From positions 10,634,451 to 10,698,450 of the forward strand of contig NC_134035.1 of the NCBI RefSeq assembly GCF_964204645.1: a stretch of 64,000 bases of DNA, given 5' to 3'. Positions 12,469 to 22,540 of this stretch are shown piece by piece. Position numbers and translations under genes: made by a program. Under the pieces are notes generated by a model. That model searched no databases. It worked only from the letters and a program-made list of their open reading frames with translations, and was not told the origin of the DNA. How positions within the stretch are numbered: the stretch's first letter is position 1; the number at the start of each line of letters is the position of its first letter. The DNA comes from Tubulanus polymorphus. Lineage: Eukaryota; Animalia; Nemertea.

Positions 12469-13557
12469 TTATTTGGTTCCTCGCTCACCCACCACTTTTG
12501 ACCTGCAGTTTAAACAATTAAAAACAGCAGCGGCCTCTGAGCGGAATCTTTTATTCGTAAAACAATAGATCATAAAATTAACGCACGAATCAAACATCGT
12601 CATTAACAAAGAAACCTTCCTTAAAATCATTCTAGGAATCGCACTCAACCTTACAGGCAACCGATCTATACAACCCGGAAATTCACAAATGATATAAACC
12701 AAGACAGTTGCAGTAACCATCTTCAATATCCCAGAATCTTTACTCTGAGCAGAAACGCCACCTATTAGTGATCTGCGTCGTTTCCTGGTCCAGTTATAAA
12801 CGGCAAATAGTATCGTGTTTACTACTAATAGAAGCATAATTGGTAGGTAAACTATTCCTACGGAAAACCTGTCATTCGGGCTCATGATACGTTCCATAAA
12901 GTGGCGTCTAGATGGTTTCATAAAGGCAAGAACTGTCCTAACGTCCGTGTACTGCGGCCAGTAAATAGTGTAAGTGTACTGACCTGGTTTCAGACAGGGC
13001 CATCTCGTCAATCCCGGTATTCGGTGAGTAAATATAAAATCATGGTAGAACAAAATTGACAAGAACAACAACACTAAACCGACCATATTGATCGTCAAAG
13101 GTCTCCAGAATCGTTTATAATTTAATGGGAAAATTATCACTAAAATTCTCTCCAAACTGACGACAACAACGAGCCAGTTTCTGACGAACTGGGACGGATA
13201 AAACCCTAGATAAGCTACAGTTATAAACCACCAACCGAAATACCAGTCATCGTAACGAAAAACCAAGTCACCCAGATTACTGTAGATGAAATAGGTTCTC
13301 AGCGGATACATGATGAACGCCGATAAACTGAACAGAAAATCAGAAACCGCTAACAGACAAATCGTATGATAACAACTATTGCGCAGTCTCCATATAATGA
13401 CAATAGTTAGTAGGTTCAGTTGCATACCAGCGATAGTAACAGGACCGATTCCTGTCATATATATGTAAACGCTAAACTTATAGTCCCAGCGTATTTTCTG
13501 AGAGCAATGATACTGTTTAACGCCCGGCGTTACGGCCACCGTACTGTTGAGGGTCAT
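12469..13557 (-). CDS. Intronless class A (rhodopsin-like) GPCR, FMRFamide/peptide receptor-like group, 362 aa
   Basis: Single ORF from ATG 13557 (the ORF track starts at an upstream TTG). Seven hydrophobic segments, N-terminal NST sequon, TM2 LAVSD, TM3 SLERILVIIFPL (ERI for DRY), TM6 ICEFP, TM7 DSCVNFMIYC (NFxxY), helix 8 KRFR. NFxxY and CEFP are typical of invertebrate FMRFamide-receptor-like expansions. Ligand unknown. Confidence 0.9.
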   Translation of the reverse strand: MTLNSTVAVTPGVKQYHCSQKIRWDYKFSVYIYMTGIGPVTIAGMQLNLLTIVIIWRLRNSCYHTICLLAVSDFLFSLSAFIMYPLRTYFIYSNLGDLVFRYDDWYFGWWFITVAYLGFYPSQFVRNWLVVVVSLERILVIIFPLNYKRFWRPLTINMVGLVLLFLSILFYHDFIFTHRIPGLTRWPCLKPGQYTYTIYWPQYTDVRTVLAFMKPSRRHFMERIMSPNDRFSVGIVYLPIMLLLVVNTILFAVYNWTRKRRRSLIGGVSAQSKDSGILKMVTATVLVYIICEFPGCIDRLPVRLSAIPRMILRKVSLLMTMFDSCVNFMIYCFTNKRFRSEAAAVFNCLNCRSKVVGERGTK

Positions 13558-14110
13558 GTTCCACACGCCTAACAACTACAGCTTTACAGTAGTAATTAGT
13601 TTGCTTTAGATGTCAAACACTGAATGATTTGCAGTATTAGTGAGACTGCTTTGGATTTCGAACACAATGATCCGTCAATAACTGCATATTAGGTGCATAT
13701 TAGGAAATCTGCGAAACATCCAGATTTAATTTATTAGTTCTATTGTGTGCGCGTGATTGTGAAACTGGTTTCACTCTACGTATTTTATCGATAAAGTGTC
13801 ACAACTATTTCATTTCACCGGACACATTGTCGTTCATTCAATTCACTAACATTTTCGCGAAGACTGATGATTTTTTTCTAGAATTAAATAAAGAAAAATC
13901 AAGAATCACAAATACTGCTGAATTTGATAAACTGAAAAACTTTTCAGGCCTATTTAGGAGTCTTCCTTCTTTTTGGTTATCGGCATGATTTGTGTTCGTC
14001 AGAGACCATGCAATGTATCGTAAGTGTCAAGGTCATATCAAGATTTGTCTATATTTACAAAACAATAATTCATTCATAAAAATCGAACGTAAACAAGCAT
14101 AGAACGCTGT

Positions 14111-16192
14111 TCAAGATTGGTTTTTAGCGTTTTGCCTGAGTTTATTTTTTCGTCGACTGGTTGCTGTTCTCTTCCGAAAGCGACTCCGCTTTGCTCTTCT
14201 CTGCCATTTCTGAAAAAAGTCGAAGATTTCGATCTCTTTTTTGAAATTCAATCTTAGGGCCTATCCAAATTTTGCACAAAATGCATGAATATACCTGAAA
14301 GTTTCGATTCCACTTATTCTTCCACGAATATCCTTCGGCGTAGAGTATCTCGCCGTTGCGAAAATTGCCCAAAACCAGGTAAACTTCGTTATCTTTAGGT
14401 TTCTTGGGACACAAACACTCCGCTTCGGTCGCCAGCGTCACTCTATCCCCGGAAGACAAGTTGAAACCAGTCGAGTTGCTATAGATAGGTGACAGTACGT
14501 CGAATATAATCCGTTTCGATCTGGTTTGATGATGGTGTTGGAGGTTTTTGAACGATCCTTTGAACGCTGTACGGTGAAATGAAATGATAACTTAACTTAA
14601 TGAACGCACAAGGGAAAATATCTGACTCGTTTAGAAAGCAAGGGAGCCTATTCTCGGTCCAGGTCGAATCAGAAAAATGGACACGATAATTATTATGAAA
14701 ATCCGTATAATCATTTTTGATTTGATCGAGCAAGAAGTATTTTTTAGCTACTGTAATATAGCATACATATGGAAGTAGTAATTTCCATTCAGATTTATTG
14801 AATAAAATTGGAATTATTTGATGGAAAATTGATGATGAACACATTTAAACGCAGTCTAAAACTTCTGCTTTTCTGTAAAGCGTATTGACTGTAGACGCAG
14901 CTTTCACAAACCGTAAAATGATGACAAAATGATGCACATTTGTAAAAATGAAACGAGCGCTATAGAAATTGTAAAGATTATTATCATTTCCGACATAATA
15001 TCTCAGAGAAAAGTTGTTTGGGTGGAATTAAAAAAACTAGGTGATTTTATTTCGAGATATTATGTCTAGATAATATGTCGAGATAATATAATCAAAACGT
15101 ATTTTGTTTCATCTGATGTCCATGTGTATATAGCCGACTAGAAACGAGACGACTGTCTGAAAATGACTCACCGAAATCCCATTGAGGAGTTATGAACATC
15201 CGCCGTCGCAGCTTCTTCGGATACTTCTTACACTTACTACATCTCTCTATAAATCGTCGAAAACAATATAAAAAAGTTAGCGATAATTCACCGTCGTATC
15301 TTCAAATCTACGAGATTGTTTACGCGATTGGCTTACCGACAGATTTCTTGACGAGTTGGTTTTCAGAAACCCGTGGTTTGTTCGAATGGTTCGAACTGTC
15401 ACTGGGTCTTGCTGGAAAGAAAATCCGTCATATTTCAGATAGGTTATTTATGGTTAAACGTGTCAAATAGTGACAGAGATAAGATATTTTTGGAATTGAT
15501 TCTAACATAACACTCCGAAATGAAATCGCCAAACGTTTTATTCTTACTATTATAAGATATACGTGGCTAAGATATCGAAAATAGAGGAACATTATGAGAA
15601 TCAGATTAAGAAAGTCGGAATTAAATCAACTCATTGATATGGTCAATTCAGAAAATAAACGTTTCGAAGATATTCAGGAAAATTGATACTTGCCATTGCC
15701 GTTTGGGATCGACGGGGCGTCCGGGGCGAAGCCCGAATCGAAAGCCGTCGGTGTGATGCAGATTCCGTCGTCGTACACCGGAAGCGACTCGCAGGCGAGA
15801 AATTTCGGCCACGGAACGTCGTACTGGGCCATGACGGGTTCGCATCCGCGCCGGGCTGACTCGCACACGTTTCGACAGGGCGGCACGACCAGCGGCTGGT
15901 GAAGCGAATTGCGTTCGTGCGTACAAATTGGAGCGTACATGGTGCACAGGTAGAATACCAGATCCTTGCTGCAACCGGTTGCTACTAGCGGTTCGTATTG
16001 GTCTATAGCGATCATGGCGTTGCGTTGCGTCGCGTGGTCGACGATGTTCGGCATACGTGTGACGTTGTAGGGCATATTGCGACACATGGGTATTTGAACA
16101 GTTTCGCAGTCATTCGAAGTGAGCCCATCCCGCACGAAAACGGCCACCAACAAACCGACAATAAACATAGTATATCCACATTCACCGGGCAT
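14111..16192 (-). CDS. FRZB: Secreted frizzled-related protein, sFRP3/4 (FRZB) type: signal peptide + Frizzled CRD + netrin-like (NTR) domain + basic tail, 5 exons, 339 aa
   Basis: Exons (minus): 16192-15694, 15411-15337, 15246-15172, 14566-14295, 14209-14111 (1020 nt incl. TGA). Exon 1 has a hydrophobic leader and a 10-Cys CRD (CETVQIPMC...MPN...LCTMYAPIC...PPCRNVCE...GCEP...WP...C...GICITP). Later exons give RCSKCK, ECLCP, YLVLG, WKNKW, KWQRR. No transmembrane region, so not a Frizzled receptor. Confidence 0.88.
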
Positions 16193-18692
16193 TGTTCTGT
16201 TTCAATATTCCCGATTTCGATCCTTTTTCACAAAAAAATCTGTCCTTCAGATCTCAAAATAGTTGATACATGCGTCGTTTATCTGGTATATTTTATTCAA
16301 CCATTCATTTTAATTCGGAAAACAAAAGCGCGTACAAAAATATAAAATCAACGTCTGTTTTATCGATTTATGGTTTCTCAATCAATAAGGGAGCGACTGA
16401 TAGCCGGATATAATCTCGACTATTTTGTTCCCGTCTGTCGTCGACGCGATTAGGTCCGCTGGGATTCACACCTACGCGTAATGCGAAAGATCAAATCGAA
16501 AAGTAGTAGTAGAAACGACGGACGAAATAACCACTAATGGATAACATCGTTTTTAGAAAAAAATAACAACTTCCCGACAAGATGCGATTAGTCCTTGCCA
16601 CTGGTTAAATATATACATTAGCAGTGAATGATAACTCGTATATCGTCAACCTACGTACCCGCTGTCGTTACACCGCTGTGCTCTGTCTATCCCAGCACCG
16701 GGTCGAAAGAAAAAGTGATCTTCGAAAAACTATTCTCTATCCTTTATTCACTTTCCTGGCAATTGAGATATGCCAGTAATTTCACAACACTCAAGCGAAT
16801 TAGGTGATCTTCGAAAAGCTATTCTCGATTACCTACTTATATTTTCTGGTCGTTGAGATACCAAATACACTATCCAAAAACCTCAATTTACATCACATTC
16901 CTAGTTAGCAAAACTTAGAAACTCGACGATTCCTTTTCGAAGCAAAGGTTGATAATGGTTATTCATTGATTCGCTCGTTATAACTCCAAACGTACGTGTG
17001 TCTTTCTCATAGTTTTATGACGGTCGTTCAATGAATGACGTCTGTGCTTCTGACTTGCGCATAAAAAAGTTGTAAACGGGGCTTGAAACGGAGGCCTTTC
17101 AAATCCGAAAAACGTTTATCGAGGATTAACGAATACATAGCGAACTTAAGTTGATTTTAAGTTGAGAACTTAAGTTGATTTTAATTCGTACGTTTAACCG
17201 AGGCAGAAAATAATTTTCTTAAGTGCTTTATAAAAAGAGTTTCGTATCTTGTCATTTTGTTGGTGTTAGAACCACCCTTCGCAGGCCTCCGGGTCCGTAC
17301 TTTCGTATTTTATGACGTTAGGGAGTGAACGCGCGTCGACGAATGTTTAAGACATTTAGATGGTGGCAACTTTGTTTTGTCGCACAATATATAACGTTAA
17401 CTATATGCGGCTACACGGTCAATGGTCTTTCTGTTTGACACATTCGTTAAACCGAGTTCTTTGCGAATGATTTATCTCGCCACGAAAAATACGAGTACTC
17501 TTTAGCGCGTTGTACTATGAGCTAGATTCAACATCGAGTCTCTCTGACAACACTGAGACGTTTGACTCGACGTAACTCCAGTGGATATATATAGCCACAA
17601 TTGGTGACATAACAAATACGATGTTTTCCTATAAATGGTACGCAATACAAAGTAACGTTGGATACAATTTTTTCAAATAAGCGAATTAGTGATACACCGT
17701 TCTCCCGCATATTCGACCAACATTTCCTATTTCCTTGACAATACGCGGCATTTCTTCAACGATATTGAACTTGCCTTGAGATACACGAATGAATGTCCTC
17801 GATGTAGTCCAATCATACAGATGTAACGGATAAGCCCATTCCCACTTGGATATTGGCCATGAGGCCTTGGGCATACGGTAGCAAAAAACATGTGTTTTTA
17901 TAACAAATTGATTAATTAATGATGTGGTAATGTAAGATATTCATGCGTTGAAATGACTGACAAACAAATCAAACCACAGTTAAACAAAACTGGATTCTGT
18001 AAATTCATTATTGAATTGAGATATACTGCATTGTATATATAATGTCTATCGAGTCCTGCAACAACGATGTCGCATCGAACAATATCGAAATCGAATACCG
18101 AGTGATAAATAATTTAGATAACAATCGTTAACTGGCAATTACCTCACTTCATCATACAAATAAATAAATAAATCAGTACTACTCGACGGTCTGATTTTCA
18201 AGTCACAAGGTGTTACACGTGCCAGCCGGCGGCAGAGCTCGTGGCTGTTTCGCGCGAGGCCTCAATTCGAAATTTCAAATCGTATCTTTACTTAGTCAAT
18301 GAAAGCGCGATTCCTTCGCCAGAATATCACGCTTGCTTCTTGTACCTCTAAGAAACACGAGAGCGACGGCGGCGGCGGATATGAAGTCGATGTTTTAACG
18401 ATACGGTAATAACCCTCATCCGGAGTTGTATTGGTTTAGCAGCCATTTCCTTCATCTACCGATAGGATCAATGCCTTCAACAGCTGGAAGGCGCAATTAA
18501 ACGAAGCGTGTACGTGAACGTAATGCGACGCGCGGAAAAACGCCGAAGAAGCAGCGGGCTAATCTCCACCGAGACCTTCTCCATCTAACTGCCCGTATGG
18601 AATTGGTATCGTCGAAATCCCGTTTTGGACTTTCGATATCGCTGTATCGACTAATGCCTGAAAATGATAGCTGCTTAATTACGGCAAAATAT

Positions 18693-18774
18693 AGGTCTCT
18701 GTTTTGGTAAAATTGGTCACGATTTTGAAGAAATCAATGTACAGGGAGAAAAAAGGTATCGATGTTTTTAGCCT
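18693..18774. mobile_element. MITE family B, deleted fragment
   Basis: GGTAAAATTGGTCACGATTTTGAAGAAA...ATGTACAGGG joined to GAGAAAAAAGGTATC...TTTAGCC. Confidence 0.55.
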
Positions 18775-19403
18775 CAGTTGGTAGATATCAACGTTTTCCA
18801 AGGGAGGATTAGGCTGTGCGAGAAATGCCATAGAATTCGGTCGAAACGTCAAATGCTCATTTGGTTGCTCTTCATTTTTGTGCCGGATTCATTTTTACTT
18901 CAAACGTACTGACACGATTATGATACGTCAAAATGAAACATCAACCGCAGCTAGGTGCGTTCTGCGATGATATTTCACATGTCTATATTAGATATAACGC
19001 AAACATATATAAAGTATGTACGTCATTTATATATGTATATACAAACCATATCGGAGCTGAATTTGTTTTTTTTTCTGTAAATCAATTCACTGCGCACACG
19101 GACGCCGGAATATTTGAACGAAGCGATGACGTGTTTGTATCAATTAATGCGCCTGGTTTTCGATAATATTTTCTCGAGAAACACATTAAACATTCGATGT
19201 CGAGTATAATCAGTTATAACGCGCGGTGGACGAGTGAATATGAGTAATCATTGTCAGCTTTCGATGCAAAAAAATAGTCAACATTTTCTAATTCTGATAG
19301 AAATGAAATCGCACGCTAAGCTGGGAGAGCGAAGAAAACGATACGGTTCAATGTCGAAATGATATTGTTTCGCTCGTCCAAGCTCCCCGAATGTCAACTT
19401 CAT

Positions 19404-19487
19404 CCGTCACGGGATTCGAACCCACTAAGCCATTCCCCGCACTCGACCTCACGACTCGTTACCAGCCGACCAGAGTCTATTCGGCCC
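19404..19487 (-). mobile_element. Possible tRNA-derived SINE head
   Basis: Minus strand has GTGCGGGG...AGTGGGTTCGAATCCC (B box), similar to 45820-45856 (GTGCGGG...AGTGGGTTCGAGTCCC). I could not fold a cloverleaf. Confidence 0.35.
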
Positions 19488-20066
19488 AATCACAGCGCTT
19501 GTAACAAACGACAATAAACTTCTGTTGAACTTCCCGTTAAATGGACTAATCGGCGAACATTTTAGCGAACAAGGAAGTATTTTTGCAAGTTCTTGTATGA
19601 CGTCATGCGCAAAAGCGCCAGTAATGAATTCGCGCGTAGTGAGGCCAGCGGGCTCGTGGACGCGAGTTCGGGAGCGATACTAGACCTCTGGCAAGCGAGG
19701 ATACATATCAAGCGTCATCGTTTGTTCGACATTTCCACGACTCTATCCAGGGACGATGATTTGTTGTCGATAAGAGAAGCACGACAGCGTTTCAAAAATG
19801 TGTCTTCTTAATCAATACTAGAAGAAGGAATCGACACCTTGGTTTCCATGAAAATAACGCTGTTTAGATTTGAATAGTAGAAAGATTAATTGAAAACTAT
19901 CCGAGTAGTCAGTTGCTTAGACATTTTCAAACATTTAGAAAATATATGGTCCAGCTTTAGAGTCGAAACGACAAACTACTTTGGGTTTTTCTCTTTTTCT
20001 CTTCAAAACTGGAAATTTATTTCATCAAGACAAAACTATTGCATCGCCCTGGAATCCTGATAGAGT

Positions 20067-20944
20067 GGGAGCCGCATTGACATAGGGAGAGTGGGAGCCG
20101 CACTGGTATAGGGAGAGTGGGAGCCGCACTGGTATAGGGAGAGTGGGAGCCGCACTGGTATAGGGAGGAAGGGAGCCGTACTGGTATAGGGAGGAAGGGA
20201 GCCGCACTGGTATAGGGAGAGAGGGAGCCCCACTGGTATAGGGAGAGAGGGAGCCCCAGTGGTATAGGGAGGAAGGGAGCCGCACTGGTATAGGGAGAGT
20301 GGGAGCCGCACTGGTATAGGGAGAGAGGGAGCCGCACTGGTATAGGGAGAGAGGGAGTCGCACTGGTATAGGGAAAGAGGGAGCCGCACTGGTATAGGGA
20401 GGGAGTCGCACTGGTATAGGGAGAGAGGGAGCCGCACTGGTATAGGGAGAGAGGGAGCCGCACTGGTATAGGGAGGGAGTCGCACTGGTATAGGGAGAGA
20501 GGGAGCCGCACTGGTATAGGGAGAGAGGGAGCCGCACTGGTATAGGGAGAGAGGGAGCCGCATTGGTATAGGGAGAGAGGGAGTCGCACTGGTATAGGGA
20601 GAGTGGGAGCCGCACTGGTATAGGGAGGGAGTCGCATTGGTATAGGGAGAGAGGGAGTCGCACTGGTATAGGGAGAGTGGGAGTCGCACTGGTATAGGGA
20701 GAGAGGGAGCCGCACTGGTATAGGGAGAGAGGGAGCCGCACTGGTATAGGGAGAGAGGGAGCCGCATTGGTATAGGGAGAGAGGGAGTCGCACTGGTATA
20801 GGGAGAGTGGGAGTCGCACTGGTATAGGGAGAGAGGGAGCCGCACTGGTATAGGGAGAGAGGGAGCTGCACTGGTATAGGGAGAGAGGGAGCCGCACTGG
20901 TATAGGGAGAGAGGGAGCCGCACTGGTATAGGGAGAGAGGGAGT
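20067..20944. repeat. 26-bp G-rich minisatellite (GGGAGCCGCACTGGTATAGGGAGAGA), ~34 units
   Basis: Directly visible tandem array with occasional 22-bp deletion variants. Confidence 0.97.
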
Positions 20945-22204
20945 GATAACCTCACAGAGTTAGCGACACCGCGAGTGATTGATATTTACCGTGCACGAGA
21001 CGAGAACGCGTTCACATTTCTCCAGTGACGACGATGCGGTTTCAGTCTGATTTCAGTTGCAACACGTTATTTGTATCGTAACTCGGATGAGAGGCGCACG
21101 CGCGTTCCACTCGGAAACAATATTAAACAACACTGATTCGTACGTGTAATTTCATTCGCATCGGAGAATAAATAGAAACACAGAACGCAGGTATTTAGGC
21201 GTTGTGACCTGGAATTCTTATCAATTTTCTTTTTTACTATTTCATAAAATTTCAATCGTATTCTTTTTTTTATGCACGACACCGATACTAAAGATAGTTG
21301 TTCATTTTTCATTACCATCGTTTCGATTCTTGAAACTTTATCAAATGAATAATTTACAAAGTTAAAGCTTTTGAAAACGGTCGTTTGTTCGGGATAGGGA
21401 GATCAGAGGCAGGGTTTTGAAACGTCTTAAACGGAATAGGGCGGTCTCTGATGCATATTCGATGTCGTGAAATTCAATGCCTTCTTTCATGTGATATTTA
21501 TTTATTCCGTTGCCAATTTCAGTCAAAAGTCACAAACTCGAATCCATTCAGATTTCAATGCTTTAAAATTTGATGCAGTTGAAATATTCATTGGCGATTC
21601 ATTCTTGTCTTACAGCTTTTTATACTCATTTATGGACTGTAGTTCATCAAAACGGCAACATAAGCCGCGTGGTTCCACACCGGACGATGTACAGATTCGG
21701 CGCCGGATTGACATTACCAGCCAACTAGGCGAAACATGCTAACTTTTCTAAAAAAAAAAACAAAAACAATCGAAGTAAATCGTTTCGTCGTTAGTAGCAT
21801 TTAGTGACACGAATACGAGTACATATTCACAGCGAACGCGTGTCTAACCGCGGATCCATCTTACACGCGCATAGCCAACTTTATTAATATATATATTCAT
21901 ATATATATATTCATATATACATATACGATTGCAGTTTAAAGCGCACACCATCATCATCCGACGAACAGCGCGCACGAACGCGACGACTAAAATTATCGCC
22001 CGTTACCATTACAGCAGCAGCCGCGTCAACAAGTTTCGATAGTTATTTAACTGGGATAGTCCCGGGTTCGAAGCCGCGAGACCGTGATGTCACCGGCGAA
22101 CAGACACGTATGGATATATTACACTGTCGTCGGACTAATTGTGCTGGCTACTCTGATACCATTCACAGGTAGGTCGAGCTCAATTTTCATTTTCGATATA
22201 TTTC

Positions 22205-22540
22205 GACGTCTTAAAAACCTTTACAATAATGCTTTCATATATTCATAACTATAACTACGCGTTATTTACGGGGTTCTTTGTTAGTCGATGTTCACTACGT
22301 CATCGATATTGGCGTTTCAAAATAACAATTACAATTGTGAATTTGGGCGTTAATTTCGTTAATTGGTTGATTTTTATTAAACATATTTCAAGATTCTTAT
22401 TTTCTTTTTGATAAGTCAACGTGCTTTTTCTATGATGAATTTGGGTGGATGTGCACTACGTCATCATTAATGGGGCTTGGCCTATTAGACCGGTTGCCAG
22501 TCAATCTAATTCCATTGTCGATATATTCAAATTCAAAATT
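22205..22540 (-). repeat. Dispersed repeat family E
   Basis: Reverse complement aligns with 30020-30365; boxes at 22448-22465 and 22287-22304. Confidence 0.75.

Noticed and set aside
15648-16345. Alternative-frame and antisense ORFs over sFRP exon 1
   Set aside because: Shadows of a GC-rich coding exon; no independent motifs.
20017-20955. Three overlapping ~300-aa minus-strand ORFs
   Set aside because: Artefact of a stop-free 26-bp repeat; frameshifting 22-bp units show no frame is maintained.
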